IMG/VR virus record: IMGVR_UViG_3300021426_000022
Location: 1 to 53,610 of that record
DNA: 53,610 nt
Direction: 5' to 3' (one strand)
Source of the DNA: a virus
Below, piece by piece: positions 40,714 through 50,413 of this stretch. The translations under genes were made by a program, and so were the position numbers. Numbering within the stretch: the first letter of the stretch is position 1; every line of letters starts with the position of its first letter. The notes below the pieces were generated by a model, which saw nothing but the letters and a program-made list of their open reading frames with translations, had not been told where the DNA came from and ran no database searches.

Positions 40714-41025
40714 TCACCCTCTCTTCTGAATCTCGGAGCAGACAAACGCCTGCTTTGTGCGCAGGGAAATGCGCCTGTCAACCGTGTAGAGCTTTGACCC
40801 GACACGTATCCGGTCGAAGACTTCGCCATAAGCATTGAGCAGGCTGATTGTCTTGGACCCTTTGCGGATGCCGCCATAGATCAGGTGCATCTGTTTCTCG
40901 CTCGTATTGACCACCGATGCAAGGCGCTTTGTGCTCACAACGACAGGCGCTCCATAATCCCCGACAGTCTCGTCATAAACGCCCGGAGAAATCTTCTCGA
41001 AGTATATAGGTGTGTTGTATCTCAT
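40714..41025 (-). CDS. Head closure / head-tail adaptor (SPP1 gp16-like)
   Basis: 103 aa, with matching position and size. Confidence 0.6.
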   Translation of the reverse strand: MRYNTPIYFEKISPGVYDETVGDYGAPVVVSTKRLASVVNTSEKQMHLIYGGIRKGSKTISLLNAYGEVFDRIRVGSKLYTVDRRISLRTKQAFVCSEIQKRG

Positions 41026-41040
41026 GATGGCGTCACCTCG

Positions 41041-41388
41041 TCAAATAAACCTGACATGCATCCCGTATCCGCTGTGTGCGTTCTTCCATGCTTCGATATC
41101 CCTCATGTACTCTGCAAACGGATCTTCTGTCCAGGACATGCTCTCACCCTCAACAGAGTGGGATGATGTGCCCTCGCTTCCGATGCGGTTGTACCTTTTT
41201 ACGGAGACTGCCACGACAATGTAGCTGAGTTTCTCCGGTACCGCATCCTCGCCAAGCATGACGCAGAGCTGAGACTCCGTATCCTCGCATATGTCGCGGA
41301 TCTGGGGCTCGATGTCCTCATGGATGTCGCCTGTCGGGTCGATACGGCGCATGATTCTGTCAATTACCTGCTGTGTCATGGCTGTCAC
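41041..41388 (-). CDS. Head-tail connector (gp6-like, DNA-packaging) protein
   Basis: 115 aa, acidic helical N-terminus. Position after the capsid-associated ORF. Confidence 0.6.
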   Translation of the reverse strand: MTAMTQQVIDRIMRRIDPTGDIHEDIEPQIRDICEDTESQLCVMLGEDAVPEKLSYIVVAVSVKRYNRIGSEGTSSHSVEGESMSWTEDPFAEYMRDIEAWKNAHSGYGMHVRFI

Positions 41389-41756
41389 GCTTTCTTTCTG
41401 GTCGTCCGCTTCTTCGCCGCGCTTGTCTTGCTCGTTGCCGTTTTACGTGCTGTCTGCTTGCGGACGGGCTTCTCAGGCGCTTTCTTCTCTTCGGTGGGCT
41501 GTTCTTCCACCTTCACTTCTTCCGCCGTCTCAGGAGCTTTCAGCGTGTCCTCTTCGGGCAGTTTCTCTTCGAGAATGCCTATGAGTGGAACCTTAAGCGG
41601 ATTGTTACCCGTCAGAAGCGACTGCACTCTTTCCGATGTCGGAGTATATCCTGCTCTCGGATACTCATCACCGACATGGTATCTGTGATACGTCCGGATG
41701 CCGCCCACGACCTTCGTATCCTGCAAGTCATCAAACATCTTAACTACAATGTACAT
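41385..41756 (-). CDS. Hypothetical protein with a Lys/Thr/Ala-rich basic tail (123 aa)
   Basis: Start moved to MYIVVKMFDDLQD behind GAGGAGATATAC. C-terminus KQTARKTATSKTSAAKKRTTRKKA. Confidence 0.6.
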   Translation of the reverse strand: MYIVVKMFDDLQDTKVVGGIRTYHRYHVGDEYPRAGYTPTSERVQSLLTGNNPLKVPLIGILEEKLPEEDTLKAPETAEEVKVEEQPTEEKKAPEKPVRKQTARKTATSKTSAAKKRTTRKKA

Positions 41757-41824
41757 GTATATCTCCTCATATCGCAGAGGATGGATCAGCTCCACCCTCT
41801 GCCGGATAATTGATCAAGTCTGCG

Positions 41825-42892
41825 TCAGACGGATGCGACGTAGTAGGTCTTGCCGCTGGTGACCGTCGTGTCTTCCGTCAGGGCATACTCGCCGTCAACG
41901 AGCTCATACCAGCCCTGCCCAGCCGGGTTGCCTGTCGGATTCTCGACTGCTGTGTAGGTCGTCTCTGTCCCGCCGCCTTCGGACTCGCCGCCTTCTGCCT
42001 CGACGATCTTGCCGATGATGACGCCGTCGATGTATTCCGGATAGAAGATGACAGAGCAGAAGATCAGAGTGTCGATAGAAGCGTTGCCGGTCTTCGGATG
42101 ATGCGTTACACCAACAAGGCCGCTCTCGTCAGCTGTGAGGTCGAACGCATCTGCAAGGTCACCGCCCGTAGCCGGAACGTATGCGCCGTTGAGGTTCTCA
42201 ACAACAGTACCTGCGACCTGACCTTTCTTAAGACCCGGATGCACGAACGCGCTACCGATGCCAAGGAAGTTCTCGATGTAGGTGAAGCCGAAGAGAGTCT
42301 GTGTAGAGACATTTGCATCACCCAGGTAAGTAGCTACATCGTCAGAGCTGACGAAGTAGATCGGAGTGACGTCCATGTCCTCATATCTGTGCTGAAGTGC
42401 GCCCCACACATTAGCGAGTGCCTTCTGGAGTGTGGAACCTGCCGGAGCTGTGCCCGTACCGGCTGCGATGGTGTCGAAGAATGTCTTCTTGATAGCCTTG
42501 CGAATCTCGCGGATCAGGAGCTCATCTGTTCTGTTGATAGCTCTGTCGCGGCCTACCTGCTGGATAAGCTCTGCGGTTGTCTCTTTGAGATACTTGCCAA
42601 GACCAAGCTCGATTGTTCTGTCAAGCACTCTCTTGACCTTGGAGAGCTTGATTTCCTCACCCTCGGCTACCTGATCTGCAAGCGTGACACTCTCTTTGTA
42701 GATTTTGATCAGAGTGCCGGCAGCCATCGGTACCATGTTGACAATGCCGAGGATGCGCTGAAGTGTTGCGATATTCTCACCGATCCTGTTTGCGAAGTCC
42801 ATGGAAATGACCGGAGCGATATCGCCGGTCTGATTGATGTTTTCCGGGACAGCGAAAAGCTGAAGATTCATAAGCCTTCTGTTTGCGTTCAT
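41825..42892 (-). CDS. Major capsid protein (HK97 fold) with an N-terminal MNLQLFA propeptide and a C-terminal YY-repeat unit
   Basis: 355 aa after the scaffold gene. N-terminus MNANRRLMNLQLFAVPE. C-terminus GWYELVDGEYALTEDTTVTSGKTYYVASV after a Gly/Glu linker. Confidence 0.85.
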   Translation of the reverse strand: MNANRRLMNLQLFAVPENINQTGDIAPVISMDFANRIGENIATLQRILGIVNMVPMAAGTLIKIYKESVTLADQVAEGEEIKLSKVKRVLDRTIELGLGKYLKETTAELIQQVGRDRAINRTDELLIREIRKAIKKTFFDTIAAGTGTAPAGSTLQKALANVWGALQHRYEDMDVTPIYFVSSDDVATYLGDANVSTQTLFGFTYIENFLGIGSAFVHPGLKKGQVAGTVVENLNGAYVPATGGDLADAFDLTADESGLVGVTHHPKTGNASIDTLIFCSVIFYPEYIDGVIIGKIVEAEGGESEGGGTETTYTAVENPTGNPAGQGWYELVDGEYALTEDTTVTSGKTYYVASV

Positions 42893-42907
42893 GTGTTTAC
42901 CTCCTGA

Positions 42908-43594
42908 TTAGTTCTTGAAGAGATCCCAGTGCTCTTTGATGAGCTGCTGTCTCTTAATGGGATCCTTCACTTCATAGATTTTTTCTTTGGTCCATTCAGA
43001 TTCAGAGCTACCGCCTTTTCTCTTCGGATTGGAACCGGCAGACTTCATGGCTGCCTTGACGCCCTTGTTGACTGCATCATTGAAGAGCTTAACGAACTCA
43101 TCGACATTCGCCTTGGTCTCGTCAGCTGTCTCAGCGATCAGATGACCGACCAGCTTAGACGATACGTTGATGCCCGCATCCTTCAGGATATCGGAAGCTG
43201 TGGAAAGCATTTCTGCCTGATTCTTCTCCGCTTCAAGGGATGCAAGACGGGCTTTCATCTGCTCGAACTCCGCGTCACGCTTCTCGGCAGCGGACATGTT
43301 CTTAAGCTTCTCGGCTTCAGCCTGCTGTCTTGCCTTCTTCTCGGCGGCTTTGCGCTCTCTGGCAAGTCTCTGCTTGACCATTCTGTCAACGTCAGCATCG
43401 GTGTATTTCTTCTCCGGCTTGTCTTCTTCGCCGTCGTCCTCGTCGGCGTCGTCATCCGCGCCATCATCTTCGCTGCTGTCATCGGCTCCATCATCATCGC
43501 CATCAGCGAAAAGCTGGAGATTCAGCGGCAGTCTGCCGTGAAGTGCGCGTGTCTGCTTCCTGTTAAGTTCTGCATGGATAACTCTGTTCTTCAT
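42908..43594 (-). CDS. Scaffolding protein with an LNLQLFA cleavage motif
   Basis: Acidic run DGDDDGADDSSEDDGADDDADEDDGEED, a coiled-coil region, and position upstream of the capsid gene. Start placed at MKNRV behind GGAGGAAAAAATACAA. Confidence 0.8.
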   Translation of the reverse strand: MKNRVIHAELNRKQTRALHGRLPLNLQLFADGDDDGADDSSEDDGADDDADEDDGEEDKPEKKYTDADVDRMVKQRLARERKAAEKKARQQAEAEKLKNMSAAEKRDAEFEQMKARLASLEAEKNQAEMLSTASDILKDAGINVSSKLVGHLIAETADETKANVDEFVKLFNDAVNKGVKAAMKSAGSNPKRKGGSSESEWTKEKIYEVKDPIKRQQLIKEHWDLFKN

Positions 43595-43711
43595 TTGTAT
43601 TTTTTCCTCCATAAGGTTGTTAATGGTCTCATGCCTGCCAATTACCGTAGCTTTGTTGCGGATCCACGCCTGCCGCCCTCAAAAAATGAGCGATAAACTC
43701 AAAAATGAGCA

Positions 43712-43738
43712 ATAAAAAAACACCGGTCTTCCGGTGCT
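43712..43738 (-). terminator. Rho-independent terminator after the prp-like gene
   Basis: The minus strand reads CACCGG-aaga-CCGGTG-TTTTTTTATT. It is followed by two GCTCATTTTT(T)GAG elements upstream of the scaffold gene. Confidence 0.7.
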
Positions 43739-43740
43739 CC

Positions 43741-44046
43741 TTAAGCAATATCAAATTTTACATAATCGGGATACTGTTCTGCGACATCCCTCAGTCCGAG
43801 GAGACAGCTGTCAAGGAGCAGTCTCGCACTCTCCGAACAACGTCCGCGCCATATCAGGGCGCCGTCTCCCGGCTCCGTCCTTGCCTGTATGAAGTCGTTC
43901 GTGTACTCGTTGAGGGAATTTACCAACGTGAGAAACAAGGCGCTCACAGAGGCGCACACGATGTCGGTCCCCTGTGTGGAGTATCCGGAATGACCGCGAA
44001 TGACAAGGCTCGGCGGTTCTCTGCTCCCGTATGTGATTTCAATCAT
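43741..44046 (-). CDS. prp: Prp-family (ribosomal-processing cysteine protease, DUF464) protease
   Basis: GHSGYSTQGTDIVCASVSAL signature. 101 aa. Confidence 0.8.
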   Translation of the reverse strand: MIEITYGSREPPSLVIRGHSGYSTQGTDIVCASVSALFLTLVNSLNEYTNDFIQARTEPGDGALIWRGRCSESARLLLDSCLLGLRDVAEQYPDYVKFDIA

Positions 44047-44261
44047 GCTTTTACCTCGTCATCTTTCAGGAACATGTCATCGTCAACCGTTCTTTTTTCA
44101 TTGCATACAGGGCAATAGAACTCATAAATGGAACTGTTGTACTGCGCTCCGATGTAGCTCAGGTCTTTTTTCTCTGCCTCAAGGACCGAACCGCAGTAGG
44201 TGCACTTAAATTTCTTCGGCCATTCTGGGTTTGGCTTCCTGCCTTCGATCAGAATTTTCAT
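44043..44261 (-). CDS. Zn-ribbon protein (72 aa)
   Basis: CTYCG...CPVC pairs. 4-nt overlaps on both sides. Confidence 0.6.
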   Translation of the reverse strand: MKILIEGRKPNPEWPKKFKCTYCGSVLEAEKKDLSYIGAQYNSSIYEFYCPVCNEKRTVDDDMFLKDDEVKA

Positions 44262-44761
44262 GGACGCACCTCCGCACCGCTGACACCGTTGCAGCGGATC
44301 GCGAACTCATATGCCTCGTTTTTGCTTCTTGCCCTTGTGAGATCATACGCAAGGGATTCACGAGTGAGCTCCGAATTATTCAATTTAGCTTTGATATCTG
44401 CCAGTTCTTTTTCGTATTGATCAAGCGTGCTTGCAGTGACATGCTGCACTTCTGCGAGTTTCCCTATACACTGTTCAAGATTTGCATTGCGTTCGAGTGC
44501 CTTTTCAAGCTCCGCCCGGCACTTGTCGTATTTCTCGCGGTAGCTGTCGCCGTCTTTGCACCCGTGCAGTAACTCGGCTTTTGTCGGCAAAGACTTGATT
44601 ATTTCGCTTGTGTCTTCTGCTTTTTTGCGAGGATCTGTTTCATACAGATACTCCGAAACAATTGCCGCCATCTCCTCAATCGAAAGGATGTTACCCCCGT
44701 AAGCATTACCGGCTCCCTTGTAATTCTTGAGCCACTCCTGCGCTTTCTCTCTCAGTGTCAT
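44258..44761 (-). CDS. Hypothetical coiled-coil protein (167 aa)
   Basis: ORF preceded by GAAAGGCGGTGATATACC-ATG. Confidence 0.6.
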   Translation of the reverse strand: MTLREKAQEWLKNYKGAGNAYGGNILSIEEMAAIVSEYLYETDPRKKAEDTSEIIKSLPTKAELLHGCKDGDSYREKYDKCRAELEKALERNANLEQCIGKLAEVQHVTASTLDQYEKELADIKAKLNNSELTRESLAYDLTRARSKNEAYEFAIRCNGVSGAEVRP

Positions 44762-44859
44762 GGTATATCACCGCCTTTCTATGATTGCCTTGCATCTCGG
44801 CGCAGAAACAGTCAAGGCACACTGCTTTCGGGTCCGGAGCCCTATCTGCGCCGGTATGA

Positions 44860-45837
44860 TCATTTTCTTCTTTGGAACTCATCCCACCTGACGTCTTCAC
44901 CGTTTGATAGCGCCTCAATCCACTCTTTATACTTCTTACCGTCCATGTAAGAAGACGTTGAGCAGTGACACCTTGGATGCATTGGCGGAGCATTCTCGCC
45001 CACCTGCATCTCGCTGACTTTGAAGTGCTGGCCGTGGAGCTTCGCGCATTCGGGACAGACACGCTCATCACCGGCAGTAATGAACTGATATTCCTTGAAG
45101 CCGTTGCGCTCGAAGGATTCCTTCTGCACGGCTGTCTGAAGGCGCCGCATCTCCGTTATCATCAGTCGTTCTGTGTCCTTCACGGAACCGCCGTAGTGCT
45201 TCCTAAAGCGCCTTGCAAGCTCTCTCGGGTGAATGCCCTGTATAAGCCCGTTACGAAGCTCTACTTCGAGATGTGCGCGAAGGTCGGGCATGTTGACGCC
45301 CCACAGCCTCTCAGAAAACGTAGCGCCCATGAACGAAGCATTGACAAGCTGATGTGCGTACTTCTGATTACCGATGGCAGACTTGCCGAGAATACCCGCG
45401 TACCTTGCGTCGACCTTCATGGCCTGTTCAAGTAGGTCTTTCCGCATCTCTTTCTCGATATCGTTATAACCATCTATCAGTTCCAGATTGATCTCCGCTT
45501 TGAGCAATTCGAGGCGGTTTACCTTCATTGTGAGATTGTAAAGCGCCATCTCCTCATTGGCCTGCTCCGAGAAGTCGTGCTCTCGCACGTACTTTCTTGC
45601 AAGCTGTTCGTAGTGCCGCATGTCGATCTCGCGCACCCTCTTCTTTGCCTCGTTCATCGTGATACCGTTATTCATGGCGTACCGCGCATAGAAGTCGTTT
45701 ATGGTGCGCTGGATGTTCCGCTCTGTGTAGCTGTAGATCTCTTTGATCCGCTTGTTATAGGCTGCCTCGTCTTTGATGGCGTTCTTATTCGCTTCCTGTT
45801 CGCGCTCGCGCCAATAATCGAGGCTGCTCTTAGACAT
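44860..45837 (-). CDS. Head morphogenesis protein (SPP1 gp7 / Phage_Mu_F family)
   Basis: C-terminal CPECAKLHGQHF...APPMHPRCHCSTS signature. Position after the portal gene. Confidence 0.88.
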   Translation of the reverse strand: MSKSSLDYWREREQEANKNAIKDEAAYNKRIKEIYSYTERNIQRTINDFYARYAMNNGITMNEAKKRVREIDMRHYEQLARKYVREHDFSEQANEEMALYNLTMKVNRLELLKAEINLELIDGYNDIEKEMRKDLLEQAMKVDARYAGILGKSAIGNQKYAHQLVNASFMGATFSERLWGVNMPDLRAHLEVELRNGLIQGIHPRELARRFRKHYGGSVKDTERLMITEMRRLQTAVQKESFERNGFKEYQFITAGDERVCPECAKLHGQHFKVSEMQVGENAPPMHPRCHCSTSSYMDGKKYKEWIEALSNGEDVRWDEFQRRK

Positions 45838-46147
45838 AACCAAGCTCCTTCACTAACAGGTTCGCCTTATCAGTGATTTCTCCGGCAAATGCGCCGATGA
45901 AATTGCAGATGCTCTCTTCATCCGTGAGACTGATGCCGTATTCAAAGAGAATTGCATGTGTCAGCTCATGGCGCGCCGTCTGCACGGCGTTCACGTGGTC
46001 AAGATCTTTCCTGAGCCGGATCAGGTGCTTTCCGTAGTACGTGCGTCCAAGATAGGTGACATCTTCCTGCTTTTTATCTATCTTGACGCCTTTTACTCTT
46101 TCCACCTTCCACTTCGTTCCGTGAATATCAACTGTCGTCTTCTTCAT
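45830..46147 (-). CDS. Small putative Zn-metallopeptidase (HExxH)
   Basis: TARHELTHAILFEYG. Start moved to MKKTTVDIHG behind GGAGGTGAAGCGG. Confidence 0.5.
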   Translation of the reverse strand: MKKTTVDIHGTKWKVERVKGVKIDKKQEDVTYLGRTYYGKHLIRLRKDLDHVNAVQTARHELTHAILFEYGISLTDEESICNFIGAFAGEITDKANLLVKELGYV

Positions 46148-47540
46148 CCGCTTCACCTCCGTCATGGCTATGGTCATGCTCTCTGAAATCGCCATAGCTG
46201 TTCGTGCTTGCCTTCAGCTGCTCCTCTTCCTCTTTTATCGCTTCAAGCTCTGCATTGACGTCATCGACGCAGGACAGGAGAGCGAGCTGCGTAGCGCGGG
46301 ATACGATACCGTCCAGCTTCGCGGCATTGTCTGCCTCTTCTGTCGTGTTCGCCGGGAAGTTCGGGGTAAAGGTCGATTTGACGCCGATCCAGTCATCCTC
46401 GTTCACTCCATGCGTTTTTGCGATGGGTGATGAGAAGAGGATCCTGTATCTGCGGTTCATGCCGGCTGAGAACTTCCGTTCTTTCGTTCTGAAGAGGTTA
46501 TACATCGCCGTCAGCTTGTACTTGAGAGCGATGCCTGACGAGGATCCGAAGCTCTCATCCGAGATATTGACCACCATGGACAGTTGGAAGATGAGACGGA
46601 AGAGACGGTCAAGCAGGTGCTCCTGGGAGTTATCCGCATCGGGCTTTGCCATGAACTCCGCATCCATCGGCTGTGAATCATCCGGCGCGTTCGCGTCCTT
46701 ATACAGGTTGATGACTCTTGTCGTGCGGATGAATCGCGTATCATCTTCGCCAATCTTCGGACCGACAACCTTGAGGTACGCATCCGCGAAGTATTCAACG
46801 TCGTTAGCCTTCTCCGAGAGTGCCTTGTTGAAGGCGTCAATGCTCGACAGTGCATCTTCATAGATTCCCATGCGCTCAGCATTGTGGACGTATTCAGTAG
46901 CCGGAACGTCACAGAAGTGATGCTCTGTCGCCTCATCGGTGAAATGAATACCGCCCTCAAACGAGAAATGCCGCACAATCGTATCATCCGAATAGCTTCC
47001 GCGCTCGATACCGTCCGCGCCTTTTGTGTAGCGGACAAAGAACATCGGACGGGACAGAATCGAATCATCGTAGACCATGAACGCATCCATCGGACTCAGG
47101 TAGATGATGCCGCTCTCTCCTTCGTCATCGTTGTAGTACATCTCATAGGCCGTACCGAAGTTAGAGGACAGCTTGCTAAGCTCCGCATTGTTATCGTCCT
47201 GGTTGTTGTAGCTGTCGAGATATTCCAGGTAATCTTTGACCTTCTCATTCTCAGAATCAGATTCAACCTTTATCGGAATTCCGATAAAGAATCCGTTGAA
47301 TGTGTCACTGATGTACTTGGCGAAGTTCACCGCGATCCGGTTGTCAGGCTTCCATGCAGGCTTGCGAGGTTCGTGGAATATCTTGTAATCGCCTTCGTAT
47401 GCATCTTCAAGCGGCTTGTATATCTTTGTCTTCAGCTCTTTATGTTTCTGGATCAATGCGGACAGAAGGTCTACGCTCATTTCCGTATCAGCAGGAACGC
47501 GTATCACACGCTTATCCAGTCTTACTTTTATATTTGCCAT
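46128..47540 (-). CDS. Portal protein (SPP1 gp6-like)
   Basis: 470 aa immediately after terL. Pattern NRIAVNFAKYISDTFNGFF. Acidic C-terminus. Confidence 0.88.
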   Translation of the reverse strand: MANIKVRLDKRVIRVPADTEMSVDLLSALIQKHKELKTKIYKPLEDAYEGDYKIFHEPRKPAWKPDNRIAVNFAKYISDTFNGFFIGIPIKVESDSENEKVKDYLEYLDSYNNQDDNNAELSKLSSNFGTAYEMYYNDDEGESGIIYLSPMDAFMVYDDSILSRPMFFVRYTKGADGIERGSYSDDTIVRHFSFEGGIHFTDEATEHHFCDVPATEYVHNAERMGIYEDALSSIDAFNKALSEKANDVEYFADAYLKVVGPKIGEDDTRFIRTTRVINLYKDANAPDDSQPMDAEFMAKPDADNSQEHLLDRLFRLIFQLSMVVNISDESFGSSSGIALKYKLTAMYNLFRTKERKFSAGMNRRYRILFSSPIAKTHGVNEDDWIGVKSTFTPNFPANTTEEADNAAKLDGIVSRATQLALLSCVDDVNAELEAIKEEEEQLKASTNSYGDFREHDHSHDGGEADEEDDS

Positions 47541-48977
47541 TTAGAATCCCCCTGAGAATCCCTTGTTTCGATTTATACCGGATGCGTTCTCGCTTATCAG
47601 CATCTTCTCCACAACGCCTGTCGTAGCGTCCTCAGCGTCATCGTGGGCGTTCTTGCCGTCCCTCTGGTATCTTGTCATGTCATCGTAGTATTCAGGCCAT
47701 TTATACATCCAGTCAGCCGGGAAATACACATGCTCCATGACCGTTGTCGCATTCGACAGGATACGCGCCCGCTTGTTCTGCGACTGGTAGAACCAATGCA
47801 CGACAGCTCTGTTGTTACCGTATCGGCCTGTGAGGATCTGTTTCACGTTCCGGGCAAATCCGCGCCCACCGTTGTTTGATTCGACATCTGCCCATGTAAC
47901 GCCGTTCTCGTGGATAGACCGAGCGACCTTCGGCTCCGTAATCTCCATCGGGTCTTTTGTGTGGATAACATCCAGAACATAAGCATCATGCGCAGGAGAA
48001 ACTCCGTAAACAATGTGACTGAGGTTATCCGATCCGGTATCCGCTGTATCTGTATAGCTCTTGATCGCAATAAAAAACGGATGTCCGCTCTCATCACGCG
48101 GTACATCCGTATATGTCTTGAATCTGGAATACAGCCTGCCCTTGATGTCAATCGGGTTCTGCTGATAGTTCGCGTCTGCGACTTCGGCACCCATCGCCTT
48201 ACGCTTTGACTCATAGCTTGCTTTGCTGAGTATCTCCGGGCAGAGCATCGTGCCGTCATCGCGCACGGCCTTGAAATTCAAATGCCGAACAGTCCAACCA
48301 TACTCGGCAGCATGCTCCACGATCCGTCCTGCAAGGTCATCCGTCGCCCATCTGGTCATAACGATAATGAGCTTTCCGTGTTCTTCCAGTCGGGAGAGCA
48401 TCGTGCCAGTGAACCAATCCCAGTGCGCTTGCTTCACGTTCGCGTTATTTGCTTCATATCGTGATTTTATCAGGTCGTCGATGATTATCAGGTCTGCACC
48501 GAATCCGGTTGCTGTACCGGTCGGAGACGTCGCCAGATAGTTATTATAGCCGTCTTCCAGTGACCACAGGTTCATAGCGGCGTCACCGCGCTTTACCTTT
48601 GTGCGTGGGAAGATATCCGAGTACACGATTCGGTAACGGTCCGCTTTCGTCTCCATGATAGAATCGCGGACACCCTTCGAGAATGTCGTTGACAGCTTCT
48701 CGTTATACGATCCGGTCATGATCTTGTATCGGTGATTGCGTCCAAGCACCCATTCAACCAGGCATCCTATTGTGCGTGACTTGCCGTGACGCGGAGGCGC
48801 GTTGATGATGAGTACATCATCGTCCGACACAATGAATTCCTGCAAGGTCTCGCAGAATTCTACCAGATAACCCCTGTCCGGCTTGTAGAAGTCCGGCGCT
48901 TTCAGATTGCAGTAATCAAAGAAGTGCCGCCTTGCAAGCTCGCATTTCGCGCCGAGGGCAATCATCCGCCTATCCAT
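47541..48977 (-). CDS. terL: Terminase large subunit
   Basis: Walker A INAPPRHGKS, Walker B-like LIIIDDLI, a C-terminal nuclease-type region, and position. Confidence 0.9.
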   Translation of the reverse strand: MDRRMIALGAKCELARRHFFDYCNLKAPDFYKPDRGYLVEFCETLQEFIVSDDDVLIINAPPRHGKSRTIGCLVEWVLGRNHRYKIMTGSYNEKLSTTFSKGVRDSIMETKADRYRIVYSDIFPRTKVKRGDAAMNLWSLEDGYNNYLATSPTGTATGFGADLIIIDDLIKSRYEANNANVKQAHWDWFTGTMLSRLEEHGKLIIVMTRWATDDLAGRIVEHAAEYGWTVRHLNFKAVRDDGTMLCPEILSKASYESKRKAMGAEVADANYQQNPIDIKGRLYSRFKTYTDVPRDESGHPFFIAIKSYTDTADTGSDNLSHIVYGVSPAHDAYVLDVIHTKDPMEITEPKVARSIHENGVTWADVESNNGGRGFARNVKQILTGRYGNNRAVVHWFYQSQNKRARILSNATTVMEHVYFPADWMYKWPEYYDDMTRYQRDGKNAHDDAEDATTGVVEKMLISENASGINRNKGFSGGF

Positions 48978-49455
48978 TGTCTTTCGCCAGCTTTCTCAGC
49001 TGGTCCTCATTGAGACCGGCAAAAGGATTCGTGTCGAGCTGACCGGATATTTCGACTTGCTGCTTATCGCCGTATTTGTCTTTCATGCGGTTCTTCATCA
49101 GGAATATAAGCAATGTGGAATCCGGTGGAACCTTCTTCTCGACTTCTTTAATGACGACAAGCTCCTTCTTTCCGCTCTCACGGTTGAATTGAAGAGCTCG
49201 TGTAATCTCCTTCACTGTGCGCCATTGTGTAGCTCTCTCGAACGCCGTATCTTCCAGAATGACATCGACGGGCTCTCTGCCCTTTTTTAATGCCTCGCAA
49301 ATCTCGCAGTATTTATCTTTCCACCTGTACAGGGTTGCGACGTTGATTCCCATCTTCTTAGCAATTTCTTCATCGGTTAACCCGTCGCGAGCCCATCCCT
49401 TAAGCAAGAGCAAGCTATCTTCCGTTAACCAGTTTTCAAACTTGCCCTTTGCCAC
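48970..49455 (-). CDS. terS: Terminase small subunit (HTH type)
   Basis: N-terminal HTH LTDEEIAKKMGINVATLYRWK. 161 aa. Overlaps terL. Confidence 0.8.
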   Translation of the reverse strand: MAKGKFENWLTEDSLLLLKGWARDGLTDEEIAKKMGINVATLYRWKDKYCEICEALKKGREPVDVILEDTAFERATQWRTVKEITRALQFNRESGKKELVVIKEVEKKVPPDSTLLIFLMKNRMKDKYGDKQQVEISGQLDTNPFAGLNEDQLRKLAKDNG

Positions 49456-49468
49456 ATAATCACCATCC

Positions 49469-49870
49469 TCAGTGCATTGCCCAGTCTATTCCGTACTTGT
49501 CTATAATCGTTCTGAATTCCTCTACATCATGCGGATTCACGACATACTTCAAATCTTCCCCATCATCCGAGATTCCGATGTGAAGCATCTCGTGATACAG
49601 CAGTATCTTCATCTGCTCTTTTGTCATTCCAATCACGTTAGGCGCATAAATGACAATCAGGAAATCATATGGGATAAAGCACCTGTAAAGATCCTTCACA
49701 AGAATGCATTCTCCGAGAACGAGCCTTCCGCTTTTCTTTTTCTGCCTGTCACTTTCAAGGAATCCTACCTTAACGCCAATTTTAGGGATCCATTGAAGAT
49801 CGTGATGTTCTGCTATGACCTTTTCTGCTAAATCCGCATATCTGATTGATACTTCTGCTGTTTCTTTCAT
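49469..49870 (-). CDS. Putative phage metallopeptidase (PhageMetallopep-like)
   Basis: LLYHEMLHIGI...NPHDVEEFRTIIDKYG pattern. No obvious SD upstream. Confidence 0.65.
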   Translation of the reverse strand: MKETAEVSIRYADLAEKVIAEHHDLQWIPKIGVKVGFLESDRQKKKSGRLVLGECILVKDLYRCFIPYDFLIVIYAPNVIGMTKEQMKILLYHEMLHIGISDDGEDLKYVVNPHDVEEFRTIIDKYGIDWAMH

Positions 49871-49884
49871 AATTGCAAAAATTT

Positions 49885-49906
49885 GAGCCCGGTTTTACCC
49901 GGGCTC
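49885..49906 (-). terminator. Hairpin terminator between the late regulator gene and the packaging genes
   Basis: The minus strand reads GAGCCCGG-gtaaaa-CCGGGCTC-AAATTTTTG. Confidence 0.55.
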
Positions 49907-49972
49907 CACCACATAAAGAAAAGGAACTAGAAAAAGAAAGCTGTCTTAAATGTCTTACGACTTTATATTATA

Positions 49973-50413
49973 TCAAACATCAGTGAGGGATTTCGTGGGG
50001 AGTTTAAACTGAGACAGGGCATATCCGTGCAGTTCTCTCTTCACATAATCTACGTGGTAATTCATGTATGTTGCTATGTCTTCCCATTTCTTCAGTTGTA
50101 TGTATCTGTATCTCAGCAGGATGTTGCAGCGTGGATCCTCGACAGCTTCGATTGCCGATGAGATTTCATGCAGTTCATCAATGAGCGATTCGCGTTTCAG
50201 TCTGAACTTCATTATAAGCCCATCGAGCTTTACAGCATAATCCGACAGGTCGGACATATCTCCGCTTCCGTGCGGCATCCCGTCATAGTTGACCGCGCCC
50301 GGGAGTGCACCAAGCCGGCACGCATTGATTTCGTTTTCGATCTCTTCTAAGGCCTGCACGCCCCATCTGTACCGTGATAAGAATTCTTTCTTCGCTTCAT
50401 TTTCAGGTGTCAC
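49973..50413 (-). CDS. ArpU/RinA-like late transcriptional regulator (sigma-70 region-4-like)
   Basis: C-terminal LLRYRYIQLKKWEDIATYMNYHVDYVKRELHGYAL. Position upstream of the terminase genes. Confidence 0.65.
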   Translation of the reverse strand: MTPENEAKKEFLSRYRWGVQALEEIENEINACRLGALPGAVNYDGMPHGSGDMSDLSDYAVKLDGLIMKFRLKRESLIDELHEISSAIEAVEDPRCNILLRYRYIQLKKWEDIATYMNYHVDYVKRELHGYALSQFKLPTKSLTDV

